Positions 1 to 8,879 of a DNA stretch of 64,000 nt are shown here, piece after piece. The notes under the pieces are model-generated. The model worked only from the letters and a program-made list of their open reading frames with translations. It was not told the origin of the DNA and ran no database searches. How positions within the stretch are numbered: position 1 is the stretch's first letter; each line of letters starts with the position of its first letter. The position numbers and the translations under genes were made by a program. Source of the DNA: Oscillospiraceae bacterium (GTDB taxonomy: Bacteria > Bacillota > Clostridia > Oscillospirales > Oscillospiraceae); NCBI GenBank assembly GCA_902761635.1, contig CACWLG010000005.1, forward strand, positions 24,819 through 88,818, given 5' to 3'.

Positions 1-302
1 CTCTCTCCGGCGGCAGCGCCACGGACTTTCGCCCGGTGTTCGAGCATGTGGACAAGCTCCTTGCCGAGGGCAGCTTTTCCAATCTCCGTGGTCTCCTGTA
101 TTTTACCGACGGCATGGGCATCTATCCGACAAAGCGCCCGGATTACGAGGCGGCCTTCGTCCTATTGGAGGAACCGCCGCTGTCCGTGAAAATGCCGCCC
201 TGGGCCATCCGCATCATGCCGTCACTGCCCTGGAAAAAGCAGCGGGAGAGCTTCGATGAATTCTGGCAGGAGGAGATCCTGGCCGAAATGCCTGAACTCT
301 GA
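1..302 (+). CDS. C-terminal fragment of a VWA-like (DUF2201-type) protein; 5' end lies outside the window
   Basis: The frame is open from nt 3 to the TGA at 300-302. The translation (..GGSATDFRPVFEHVDKLL..LLYFTDGMGIYP..) looks like the VWA-like module that partners MoxR-type ATPases, and the next gene is such an ATPase. Confidence 0.55.
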   Translation, partial: LSGGSATDFRPVFEHVDKLLAEGSFSNLRGLLYFTDGMGIYPTKRPDYEAAFVLLEEPPLSVKMPPWAIRIMPSLPWKKQRESFDEFWQEEILAEMPEL

Positions 303-364
303 TTCGCGCCCTTCTCCCCGGGCAGGGGAGGCGAGGGCACATAGAACACCAAAGAGGGGACACT

Positions 365-1849
365 ATGAACATCAAACAAGCCAAGGAACAGATCCGCAAT
401 ACCCTGCGGGCCTATCTCACAAGGGACGCGCTGGGAAACTACCGCATCCCCGCCGTCCGGCAGAGGCCGGTGCTGCTCATGGGCCCGCCGGGCATCGGCA
501 AGACCCAGATCATGGAGCAGATCGCCGCCGAGGAAAACGTGGGCCTTGTGTCCTACACCATCACCCACCACACCCGCCAGAGCGCCATCGGCCTGCCCTT
601 TATCGAAAAGCGGGTTTATGACGGGGTGGAGCGCACCGTCACCGAGTACACCATGAGCGAGATCCTGGGCTCGGTCTATGCCCTGACCGAGAAGACCGGC
701 ATCCGGGAGGGCATCCTCTTTCTCGATGAAATCAACTGCGTCTCCGAGACCCTGGCTCCGATGATGCTGCAGTTTCTGCAGTGCAAGACTTTCGGCAACC
801 AGAAGCTGCCGGAGGGCTGGCTCATCGTGGCGGCGGGCAATCCCCCGGAGTATAACCGCTCCGTGCGCGACTTCGACGTGGTCACCCTCGACCGCGTCAA
901 GCGCATCACGGTGGAGGAGGACTTTTCCGTCTGGAAGGAATACGCCCTCAAAAAGGGCCTGCACGGGGCGGTGGTCTCTTACCTCGACCTTAAAAAGGAA
1001 AACTTCTACCGCATCGAAAACAGCCCCGAGGGGATGCAGTTTGCCACAGCCCGCGGCTGGGAGGATCTGAGCGAGATCCTGTACGCCTATGAGACCCTCG
1101 GCATCGTGCCGGACGCGGAGCTTGCCGTGCAGTATGTGCAGATGCCTTCCGTCGCCCGGGATTTCCAGAACTACTATGCTCTCTACAACAAGTACCGCCA
1201 GGTCTACCATATCGACGACATTCTCCACGGCCGCGTACCGAAGGTGACGCTCTCGGAATTTGCCGCGGCGCCCTTCGATGAAAAGCTTGCGGTGATGGGC
1301 CTGCTGCTCTCCCGCCTGTCTGAGGCATCCCGGGAGACACGGCGGCAGGACGGACTGTGCGAGGAGCTCTATGACACGCTCCAGGGTGTAAAGGCAGCCC
1401 TGCCCGCACTGCCGGCGGAGACCCTGCGGGACATCCTTGCCGTGCGCCGCGCAAGCCTCAAGCGCGCGGCCGACGCGGGGCAGGACGACCGGGAACAGAA
1501 AAATCTCCGCCAGGCGGAGATCAACAAGCTCGAATCCTATCTTGAGGCTCTCGGAGAAATCGAGGACGCGGACGCCCAGATGGACGCGCTGCGTGCCCTC
1601 TTCACCGTCGAGACGGACAGACGCGAGAACCATGCTGCCGAGACCGGCGGCATGTTCGACAGCGCCTTTCGCTTCCTGGAAGAGGCTGTCGGCCCCGGGC
1701 AGGAGCTGGTGCTCTTCGTCACGGAGATTACCGCGGGCTATGACAGCTCCTGGTTTGTCGGCGAGTTCGGCTGTGACGCCTACTTCCGCCACAACCGCGA
1801 CCTGCTCTTTGACGAGACGCGCCAGGGGATCCTTGACAAGCTCCGTTAA
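365..1849 (+). CDS. AAA family ATPase (MoxR/AAA_5-like)
   Basis: 494-aa ORF with an AGAGGGGA SD before the ATG. Walker A is LLMGPPGIGKTQ and Walker B-like is ILFLDEIN; AAGNPPEY is typical of MoxR/AAA_5. Confidence 0.8.
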   Translation: MNIKQAKEQIRNTLRAYLTRDALGNYRIPAVRQRPVLLMGPPGIGKTQIMEQIAAEENVGLVSYTITHHTRQSAIGLPFIEKRVYDGVERTVTEYTMSEILGSVYALTEKTGIREGILFLDEINCVSETLAPMMLQFLQCKTFGNQKLPEGWLIVAAGNPPEYNRSVRDFDVVTLDRVKRITVEEDFSVWKEYALKKGLHGAVVSYLDLKKENFYRIENSPEGMQFATARGWEDLSEILYAYETLGIVPDAELAVQYVQMPSVARDFQNYYALYNKYRQVYHIDDILHGRVPKVTLSEFAAAPFDEKLAVMGLLLSRLSEASRETRRQDGLCEELYDTLQGVKAALPALPAETLRDILAVRRASLKRAADAGQDDREQKNLRQAEINKLESYLEALGEIEDADAQMDALRALFTVETDRRENHAAETGGMFDSAFRFLEEAVGPGQELVLFVTEITAGYDSSWFVGEFGCDAYFRHNRDLLFDETRQGILDKLR

Positions 1850-1930
1850 GGCAACACCGCACAATCCGCCTTCGGCGCCTCCGGGAAAAATTGCGCCCTG
1901 GCTTTGTCAGAACCCGATTTTTCTCAGGAT
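1848..1930 (+). repeat. Intergenic repeat copy A (about 80 nt), related to copy B at 6227-6300
   Basis: AAGGCAACACCGCACAATCCGCCTTCGGCGCCTCCGGGAAAAATTGCGCCCTGGCTTTGTCA aligns by eye with 6227-6290 with few mismatches. Both copies are in the same orientation. Confidence 0.6.
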
Positions 1931-2031
1931 ACGCGCTCACCGAATGATGTGATGTAGTCTGAAAAACACATTCCTTTTTGCCGAAAAGGCATATACTATT
2001 CTCAGAGAACTGACACACAGAAGGAAGAGGT

Positions 2032-3483
2032 ATGAGACAGACAGGGAAGAGACGCGGGGGCCGCGCTTTGGTGGTCACGCTCGCGGTGCTGGTATGGCTG
2101 CTGCTGACGGCGGCGGTGATCATGCTCATAGACGCGCGGCATGTGCGCTTTTACGTCTATGGAGACGAAAACCTCACGGTGGAATACGGCACGGATTTTA
2201 CAGATCCCGGTGTATATGCCGTGACGGAGGGCAGTCTCTTCGGCGAAGGGAAGGAGCAGCTCCCGGTGCAGACCTGGGGAGCGGTGGATACCCGCAGGCT
2301 CGGCAGCTACGTGCTGCGCTATACCGCCCGCTATGCCTTTGCCGACTACAGTGTGGAGCGGTACGTCACGGTCGTGGACACAACTCCGCCGGTGATCGAA
2401 TTGAAGAAGACGGAGGGTTATACGCCCACCTGGATGACCGGCTATGCCGAGGAGGGCTACACGGCCTTCGATGCTGTGGACGGGAATCTCACGGATAAGG
2501 TGGAGAGCTTACGCCTCGGCGACCGGATCCGCTACAGCGTCACGGACAGCGAGGGCAACAGCACGAGCGTCGAGCGCGTGCTGGTCAGCCAAAACTTTGC
2601 CCCGCCCGAGATCACCGTCCTCGGCGAGCAGAACATGACCATGCAGGCCGGACTCTGGTTCCAGGACCCGGGCGCTGCGGTGAGCGACAGCCTCGGCACC
2701 GACCTCACACCGTATCTCGTGACGGAGGGCTATGTGATCCCCTGGTTTGCCGGAGACTATCAGATCGAATACAGCATCACAAACGAGCTGGGCGAGAGCG
2801 TGAGCGCCGTGCGCACGGTGAAGGTGCTGCCGGTGGAGCTGCCCGCGGAGCGAAAGCCGGAGGAGAAGACCATCTACCTGAGCTTTGACGACGGGCCGAG
2901 CCCCTATACCGCCCGGCTTCTGGATGTGCTGGACCGCTACGGGGCCAAGGCCACCTTCTTCGTGACGGCCCAGGACCCCCGCTACTATGACCAGATCGGC
3001 AGGGCTTACCGTGCGGGTCACGCCATCGGCGTACACACCACGAGCCATGACTACAACAAGATCTATTCCAGCGAGCAGGCATTTTTTGAGGACTTCTTCA
3101 GTATGGAGGAAATCATCCAGCAGCAGACGGGCAGCTACACCCGGCTCTTCCGCTTCCCGGGCGGCAGCTCCAACACCGTCAGCCGCTTCAACCCAGGCAT
3201 CATGTCCCGCCTGTGCCGCGCCATGAACGACATGGGCTATCAGTACTACGACTGGAACGTCTATTCCGGCGACGCCGGGGAGACCACGAAGACCGAGCAG
3301 ATCATCAAGAACATCAAGGAAGGCTGCGCACAGCACAAATATGCCGTCGTGCTGCAGCATGACATCAAGGACTACAGCGTGGCGGCGGTGGAGGAAGTTT
3401 TGAAGTGGGGACAGAGCAGCGGCTACAGCTTTAAGGCCCTGCAGCTTGACAGCCCCGCCGCCCACCATGGCCTGAATAACTGA
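2032..3483 (+). CDS. Membrane-anchored polysaccharide deacetylase (NodB domain) with Ig-like N-terminal repeats
   Basis: 483-aa ORF with an AAGGAAGAGG SD and an N-terminal TM segment. The NodB motifs YLSFDDGPSPYT and GHAIGVHTTSH are present, as are DTTPPVIEL / APPEITVLG Ig-like repeats. Confidence 0.85.
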   Translation: MRQTGKRRGGRALVVTLAVLVWLLLTAAVIMLIDARHVRFYVYGDENLTVEYGTDFTDPGVYAVTEGSLFGEGKEQLPVQTWGAVDTRRLGSYVLRYTARYAFADYSVERYVTVVDTTPPVIELKKTEGYTPTWMTGYAEEGYTAFDAVDGNLTDKVESLRLGDRIRYSVTDSEGNSTSVERVLVSQNFAPPEITVLGEQNMTMQAGLWFQDPGAAVSDSLGTDLTPYLVTEGYVIPWFAGDYQIEYSITNELGESVSAVRTVKVLPVELPAERKPEEKTIYLSFDDGPSPYTARLLDVLDRYGAKATFFVTAQDPRYYDQIGRAYRAGHAIGVHTTSHDYNKIYSSEQAFFEDFFSMEEIIQQQTGSYTRLFRFPGGSSNTVSRFNPGIMSRLCRAMNDMGYQYYDWNVYSGDAGETTKTEQIIKNIKEGCAQHKYAVVLQHDIKDYSVAAVEEVLKWGQSSGYSFKALQLDSPAAHHGLNN

Positions 3484-3494
3484 GGAGGAGCGCC

Positions 3495-4262
3495 ATGATC
3501 TTTGCCATTGACGTGGGCAACAGCCATATTGTGATCGGCATGATCGAGGACGGGGAGATCCGCAACATCGTGCGTATCCACACCGACCCCCGGGAGACCG
3601 CCACCGAGCATATCATCAAGCTGCGCCAGATCACGGATTTTTACGGCCTGGACCCGACAAGGTTTGAGGGCGGCATTATCTCCTCTGTCGTACCGCGGGT
3701 GACGGAGCCGCTGAGGACAGCGCTGGAAAAGCTCACGGGGCGGCGGGCGATGGTGGTGGGGCCCGGCATCAAAACCGGTCTGAACCTCCGGGTGGACGAG
3801 CCCGGCAGCGTTGCCGCCGATCTGATCGTGGGGGGCGTTGCGGCCTCAGCCTGCTACGGCGCGCCCGCCATCATCATCGACATGGGCACGGCCACTACGC
3901 TCACCGTGGTGGACAAAAACAACTGCTTTCGCGGCGGCGTGATCATTCCGGGAGTGAAGCTCTCCTATGGGGCCCTTGCGGCGGGAACGAGCCTGCTGCC
4001 CGACGTGGCCATCCTGCCGCCGAAAAAGGTGGTGGGCAGCAACACGGTGGACTGCATGCGTTCCGGCGCGGTCTACGGCACGGCGGCCATGATCGACGGC
4101 ATGGTGGAGCGCATGGAGGCGGAGCTGGGCTATGCCTGCAAGGTGATCGCCACCGGCAGCCTCGCGCAGGACATCATTCCCTGCTGCCGCCGACCCGGCA
4201 TCCTTGTGGACAATGAGCTGCTGCTGCGCGGCCTCTGGGCACTGTACCAGAAAAATCGCTGA
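3495..4262 (+). CDS. coaX: Type III pantothenate kinase
   Basis: 255-aa ORF with a GGAGGAG SD. MIFAIDVGNSHIVIG and IIIDMGTATT are actin-fold phosphate motifs typical of CoaX. Confidence 0.9.
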   Translation: MIFAIDVGNSHIVIGMIEDGEIRNIVRIHTDPRETATEHIIKLRQITDFYGLDPTRFEGGIISSVVPRVTEPLRTALEKLTGRRAMVVGPGIKTGLNLRVDEPGSVAADLIVGGVAASACYGAPAIIIDMGTATTLTVVDKNNCFRGGVIIPGVKLSYGALAAGTSLLPDVAILPPKKVVGSNTVDCMRSGAVYGTAAMIDGMVERMEAELGYACKVIATGSLAQDIIPCCRRPGILVDNELLLRGLWALYQKNR

Positions 4263-4278
4263 CCAGACACGCAAAGAA

Positions 4279-4317
4279 GCCCCCCGGAAGCTAAAATGCC
4301 TCCGGAGGGCTTTTGTT
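4279..4317 (+). terminator. Rho-independent terminator after coaX
   Basis: GCCCCCCGGAAGC / GCCTCCGGAGGGC form a 13-position stem with 2 mismatches, followed by TTTTGTT. Confidence 0.55.
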
Positions 4318-4363
4318 CAACTGAGGACAGCATACACAGCAGAGTGCCGCCCGGCGGGTGTCG

Positions 4364-5182
4364 TCATCTGTGGCACTGGCTGAAGAATTGCCAGCTGTTC
4401 AAGACGGCAAAGAATTTGACGGACAGCACAGCGAAAACGGCGGCATAGGTTCTCATGGAGTGCCGGAAGAGCTGTACTGCCGCGGCAAGGCATATCAGAC
4501 CGAGCAGGAAGGAACACAGCCCCAGCTTGTGCTCTGCCATTCCGGTTTCCTTAAAGCCGAGACGAAACTCATAGTCGATGGCTTTCATGACGACGGCTGC
4601 GCCGCGGTGGTACGCAATGCGCACAGCGAGGAGCAAAATCAGGATAAGCTGCACGATCACGGGGTACAGCACAGCAAGCTCTATGCTGAAGCCGGCCTTA
4701 AAAACGGAATAAGCCTGCATCACTGCCGAGATCACAACGCAGGCCGTGAAAAGCACGCAGACGGCGAGCGTACCCTTGCGCGTATACGTAAACCATCTTG
4801 CCCCGAGCGCCGGCAAGGCAAAGCGCAGCAGGATTGCAGCAACGGCCTCTGCTGCCAGGCACACGAGCGCGATCAGGACGCACGCTGCGGCAGCGCAGCC
4901 AAGAATCTTCCCCACCGTGCCGCTCGGCGCTATGGCGTTCGGCAGGATAAGCTGTGCGATCTCCCACGGCAGAAGCGATAGAAGCACACCGACAGGGGAT
5001 TGTACGGCACTTCCGGATGCGATCTGAACAAGGCAATCGAGCACACGAAAACACCACAGGAAAGCCACAGAGCCTTCCGCTGCTTTAATCAGCGCAAGAA
5101 TGGCCGGTGCGGTCCTGTTGATATATCTGTCCGGATCGGCCTTCAGAATCATCATATAGGGGTTTGACGCATAGGGATTCAT
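4364..5182 (-). CDS. Multi-pass membrane protein of unknown function
   Basis: 272-aa ORF with several long hydrophobic segments. Its ATG overlaps the stop of the upstream gene (ATGA at 5179-5182). Confidence 0.6.
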   Translation of the reverse strand: MNPYASNPYMMILKADPDRYINRTAPAILALIKAAEGSVAFLWCFRVLDCLVQIASGSAVQSPVGVLLSLLPWEIAQLILPNAIAPSGTVGKILGCAAAACVLIALVCLAAEAVAAILLRFALPALGARWFTYTRKGTLAVCVLFTACVVISAVMQAYSVFKAGFSIELAVLYPVIVQLILILLLAVRIAYHRGAAVVMKAIDYEFRLGFKETGMAEHKLGLCSFLLGLICLAAAVQLFRHSMRTYAAVFAVLSVKFFAVLNSWQFFSQCHR

Positions 5183-5409
5183 TTCGCTCCTCCCAGCACA
5201 CTTTGCAGTCTTTCCGTCAAATCCGAATTCTGCACCGCTTCATTGATCGTGTCGACCGCACTCTGTACGGCGTCGACGGCAGTGTCTGCTGCGGTCTGCG
5301 ATACTCTTTCCGAAAGAGGCATGGGGTTTTGCAGTTCCTTCAGAAGCAGGAAAGCAATCAGCAGCGCAACGATCAAAAAAACCAGGATTCCGAGCGGTCC
5401 ACGTTTCAT
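5179..5409 (-). CDS. Small single-pass membrane protein
   Basis: 76-aa ORF with a GGGAGA SD and the N-terminal TM segment LGILVFLIVALLIAFLLL. It is translationally coupled to the downstream gene. Confidence 0.5.
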   Translation of the reverse strand: MKRGPLGILVFLIVALLIAFLLLKELQNPMPLSERVSQTAADTAVDAVQSAVDTINEAVQNSDLTERLQSVLGGAK

Positions 5410-5472
5410 AGCAATTTCTCCCTGTTATTATTCTGACGTACAGGCAAATCAGCTTCCCGACGCCGGCCTGAA

Positions 5473-5826
5473 TCACCCAAGAGCCGAATACACCACGATG
5501 CCGCCGATAATGAGCGCGAGCGCGATCAGCTTCCAGCGATCGAGCTTTTCATGGAAGATCGTGACGCCGAAGATGGTGACGTGGATATACCCGGTTGCCT
5601 CCAGAATCGGGCCCATGGAAAGCGGCACCACCTTGTAGGCGTAGATACTCAGAAAGGTAGCGGCAAAGAAAATGGCGTAGGCCGTGATGACGGGCCAGTT
5701 GAGGTATTCCTCCAGTACGCTGTCATACTGCTTCTGCGCCGCTTTTTTGAGCAGTACCTGGGCGACGGAGCTGATGAACACGCCCAGGAGCATGATGCAG
5801 GCATAGAGGATCAGTTGTCCGTTCAT
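5473..5826 (-). CDS. Half-size (4-TM) DMT/EamA-type transporter subunit
   Basis: The start is taken at MNGQLILYAC.. (ATG at 5826), which overlaps the stop of the upstream paralogue (ATGA). About 117 aa and hydrophobic. The longer track ORF adds an Arg/Gly-rich extension that is unlikely to be real. Confidence 0.65.
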   Translation of the reverse strand: MNGQLILYACIMLLGVFISSVAQVLLKKAAQKQYDSVLEEYLNWPVITAYAIFFAATFLSIYAYKVVPLSMGPILEATGYIHVTIFGVTIFHEKLDRWKLIALALIIGGIVVYSALG

Positions 5827-6176
5827 TCCCTCGCCGCCTTTCCGTCTGCCCAGCCGTAGAGCGCCACACCGCACAGCACCAGGAGGGCACCGACGATTTT
5901 GCCGGGCGTGAGCTGCTCGCGGAAGATGAGCGCCCCCCACACGCAGCCCCACACAACGGTGACGGCCTTGTTGGCATAGGCAAGCGAGAGAGGCATGCGC
6001 TTGATGAACTGCTGCCAGCCGATGGCATAGAAGCCGAGGATCAGGATCTCAATGCCGTAGAGCGCGATAAAGGCCGGGGACATGAAGGGCTTTCCGGCGG
6101 CAAGCTTGGAAACCACGCTGCTCAAAGAGTAGAACATCAGAAACAGATGCAGGGCGAGATAGAGTTTGTTCTTCAT
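5823..6176 (-). CDS. Half-size (4-TM) DMT/EamA-type transporter subunit
   Basis: 117-aa hydrophobic ORF paired with 5473-5826, an ArnE/ArnF-like two-gene arrangement. Confidence 0.65.
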   Translation of the reverse strand: MKNKLYLALHLFLMFYSLSSVVSKLAAGKPFMSPAFIALYGIEILILGFYAIGWQQFIKRMPLSLAYANKAVTVVWGCVWGALIFREQLTPGKIVGALLVLCGVALYGWADGKAARE

Positions 6177-6226
6177 TCCGCTTGTTCCTTTTTCGTGATG
6201 ACCGGATTTTCATACAAATCTTCTTG

Positions 6227-6300
6227 AAGGCAATACCGCACAATCCGCCTTCGGCATCTCCTGGAAAATATGTGCCCTGATTTCGTCACTTTTTCTTGAG
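6227..6300 (+). repeat. Intergenic repeat copy B (see 1848-1930)
   Basis: AAGGCAATACCGCACAATCCGCCTTCGGCATCTCCTGGAAAATATGTGCCCTGATTTCGTCA. It lies inside the leader of the minus-strand DMT operon. Confidence 0.6.
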
Positions 6301-6365
6301 GTACACAAAGTACATCTGCGAAAAAGTGCCTTTCACACGCTGCGGCGCATGAAAACGTATACCAC

Positions 6366-6394
6366 AGTATAACGTAATGCCTGACCGGATTCAA
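6366..6394 (-). promoter_or_regulatory. Sigma-A-type promoter for the minus-strand DMT/membrane operon
   Basis: The minus strand reads TTGAAT-17 nt-TATACT. This gives a leader of about 185 nt before the ATG at 6176. Confidence 0.45.
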
Positions 6395-6423
6395 GAGGGA
6401 ACGGGAAAAAGCGCTGAAAACGT

Positions 6424-6470
6424 TTGAACAGCCCGGGATTGTGCGAAGAGCACAATCCCGGGCTGTTCAA
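6424..6470 (-). terminator. Terminator hairpin downstream of pilC
   Basis: Perfect 21-bp stem (TTGAACAGCCCGGGATTGTGC / GCACAATCCCGGGCTGTTCAA) with a 5-nt loop. On the minus strand a T-run follows a few nt later. Confidence 0.7.
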
Positions 6471-6542
6471 TAACGTGAAGATGATTTACGCCTCCTGTGC
6501 CGCCGGGACAGGCGCGTGGCTGATTCTGAAAACGGAACCCGT

Positions 6543-7751
6543 TTACATGGCGGCGTACATGCCGAACATGGCCATATAGATGGCGATGACGATGAAGCCC
6601 GCAATACCTGCCAGACCCACCAGCAGCGCCGGCTCCAGCTTTTCCAGGGCGGAGCTGATTGCCATGTCCAGCTCTGCGTCGTAGTAGGTGGCGATGGTTT
6701 TCAGGGTCTGCTCCATCTCGCCGGTCTCCTCGCCGACAGAGACCATGTCCACCAGAATATCAGGCATGAAGTTTGCCTCACGCATGCTGGTGCCGAGGGC
6801 GTGGCCCTCCTCCAGCTTGACGGCAAGCTTGCCCACCTCGGTGCTCATGTAGTAGTTCGACATGGTTTTGGCGGTGATGGAGATGGCCTTGGTCATGGGA
6901 AGACCGGAGGCGAGCATGGTGGTCAGGGTGTTGGCAAACTCGCTGGCTGCATTGAGCTGTTGAATGTTTCCGAGGATCGGCACCTTCAGCGCCCACTTGG
7001 CCAGATTCATCCGCCCCTGCTCGGTGTTGCCGTAAACCTTGTAGAAGATGATGGCAGACGCGATGATCGCAAGCATCACCATCCAGTACTTCACAAAGAA
7101 ATCGGAGATTGCAATCAGGATCCGCGTGGGAAGCGGAAGCTGCGCATCGTAGCTTTCAAAGATGACCAGGAAGGTCGGCACCACCTTGACCATCAGCACG
7201 ATCACAACCAACACGGCGATGATCAGCACAAAGACCGGGTAGGCCAGGGCGGACTTGACGCGCGCCGCCATCTTGGCCTGCTTGTCAAAGTGCTCGTGCA
7301 CGGTCTGGAAGGCTTTGTCCAAGTTGCCGCTCTGCTCGCCTGCGGCAATGGTTTCCACGAAGGTCGCCGGCAGAAGCTTGTCGCCGCGCTCGGCAAAGCT
7401 TGAGGAGATGGAACGGCCTGCCTCCACATCCTCCGCCACATGCTGCAGCATACGCTTGAGCGGCTTGTCCGTGGTCTTCTCGGCGATCAGATGACAGGTG
7501 CGCGCGATGGGAATGCCCGCGCCCAGGATGATGGCAAACTGGCTGCACATGACGATGAAGGCTTTGCTGTTGAGCTTGTTGCCTCCGATCTCCATGGTGA
7601 GCAGACTGTTTTCCTTGACAGGGGTCATCTTGATGATCACGCTGTGGTTCTGTTTGATGCGGTCCACCGCGTCCATCTCATTAAAGGCCTCAATTACACC
7701 GGATACCTTCTGCCCGCTTTGAGACATGGCGGTATATTTGTAGGTTACCAA
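6543..7751 (-). CDS. pilC: Type IV pilus platform protein (GspF/PilC family)
   Basis: 402 aa. The N-terminus (YKYTAMSQSGQKVSGVIEA..DAVDRIK) and the duplicated GspF architecture with 3 TM segments match PilC. It is the last gene of pilB-pilT-pilC. Confidence 0.9.
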   Translation of the reverse strand: MVTYKYTAMSQSGQKVSGVIEAFNEMDAVDRIKQNHSVIIKMTPVKENSLLTMEIGGNKLNSKAFIVMCSQFAIILGAGIPIARTCHLIAEKTTDKPLKRMLQHVAEDVEAGRSISSSFAERGDKLLPATFVETIAAGEQSGNLDKAFQTVHEHFDKQAKMAARVKSALAYPVFVLIIAVLVVIVLMVKVVPTFLVIFESYDAQLPLPTRILIAISDFFVKYWMVMLAIIASAIIFYKVYGNTEQGRMNLAKWALKVPILGNIQQLNAASEFANTLTTMLASGLPMTKAISITAKTMSNYYMSTEVGKLAVKLEEGHALGTSMREANFMPDILVDMVSVGEETGEMEQTLKTIATYYDAELDMAISSALEKLEPALLVGLAGIAGFIVIAIYMAMFGMYAAM

Positions 7752-7806
7752 ATGCTGTCACTTCCTTTCGGGGACTCCTGCGGCCTCTCCTTCCGGGAGC
7801 GGCTGC

Positions 7807-8859
7807 TCAGATCGCATTTTTCTTGACGAAGTCGCGGTCGTGGGCATACTGCATGGCCACGTCGCGGGTGACCTGGCCGCTGCGCACAAGACGTACCAGG
7901 GCCTGGTCCATGGTCTGCCCGCCGATGGCGGAGGAGGTCGCAATGGCGTTTGCGATCTGCGGGGTGTTGCCCGCACGGATGAGGTTGCGGATGGCGTCCG
8001 TGACGATCATCAGCTCACAGGCGAGGCAGCGCCCGCCGCCCTTCTTGGGGACAAGCTGCTGTGTCAGCACAGCCTGCAGGCACATGGAAAGCTGCAGGCG
8101 GATCTGAGTCTGCATTGCCTCGGGGAAGACCTGCACGATGCGGTCCACCGCGTCAGAGGCGCTGCCGGTATGCAGGGTGCCGAAGACAAGGTGACCCGTC
8201 TCGGCGGCGGTAATGGCCGTCTCGATGGTGTCCTTGTCGCGCATTTCACCGATGAGGATGACGTTCGGGTCCTCACGCAGACTGGCGCGCAGCCCCTCGG
8301 AAAAGCTCCGGGTGTCCTTGCCCACCTCGCGCTGGTTGATGGCGCACATGTCCGGCCTGTACAGATACTCCACAGGGTCCTCGAGGGTGACGATATGGGC
8401 TTTGCGATGATGGTTTACATAATCAATCATCGCCGCGAGGCTCGTCGATTTACCGGAGCCGGTTTCGCCTGTAACAAGGACGATGCCCTTGTGCTGGTTC
8501 GGAAGCTCCAGGGCGGCGGGGGGCAGCCCCAGCTTTGTCAGATCCGGGATCTCCTCCCGCAGCAGACGCAGCGCCACCGACGGCACGCCCTGCTGCTTGA
8601 AGATATGGATACGGCAGCGGCTGCCCGCATAGGTGGCGGCAGAGTCCAGCTCGCCGTCGCGCATGAGCGTCTTGAAGGCCTCGTCCGTACCGGCAAGGTC
8701 ACGAGCCAGACGCAGGCACTCGGCTTCATCAAGCACCTCATCGCACATGTTTTCAATCTGACCGTCCTTGCGGTACTTGGGCGGCAGACCGCAGATGATA
8801 TGAATATCGGAAGCGCCGTCCTGCCGCGCCTGCGCAACCAGTCCTTCGATTGTAATCAT
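7807..8859 (-). CDS. pilT: Type IV pilus retraction ATPase
   Basis: 350 aa. Contains ASDIHI, Walker A GETGSGKSTS, and the PilT-like AIRNLIR motif. Confidence 0.9.
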   Translation of the reverse strand: MITIEGLVAQARQDGASDIHIICGLPPKYRKDGQIENMCDEVLDEAECLRLARDLAGTDEAFKTLMRDGELDSAATYAGSRCRIHIFKQQGVPSVALRLLREEIPDLTKLGLPPAALELPNQHKGIVLVTGETGSGKSTSLAAMIDYVNHHRKAHIVTLEDPVEYLYRPDMCAINQREVGKDTRSFSEGLRASLREDPNVILIGEMRDKDTIETAITAAETGHLVFGTLHTGSASDAVDRIVQVFPEAMQTQIRLQLSMCLQAVLTQQLVPKKGGGRCLACELMIVTDAIRNLIRAGNTPQIANAIATSSAIGGQTMDQALVRLVRSGQVTRDVAMQYAHDRDFVKKNAI

Positions 8860-8879
8860 GGTGGGTTCTCCTTTTTTCT

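Noticed and set aside
5473-6365. The idea that the paired small membrane proteins are SMR/Gdx guanidinium exporters behind a guanidine riboswitch.
   Set aside because: TM1 of both proteins lacks the conserved membrane-embedded Glu of SMR proteins. The leader shows no ykkC, mini-ykkC (ACGR loops) or ykkC-III signatures by eye.
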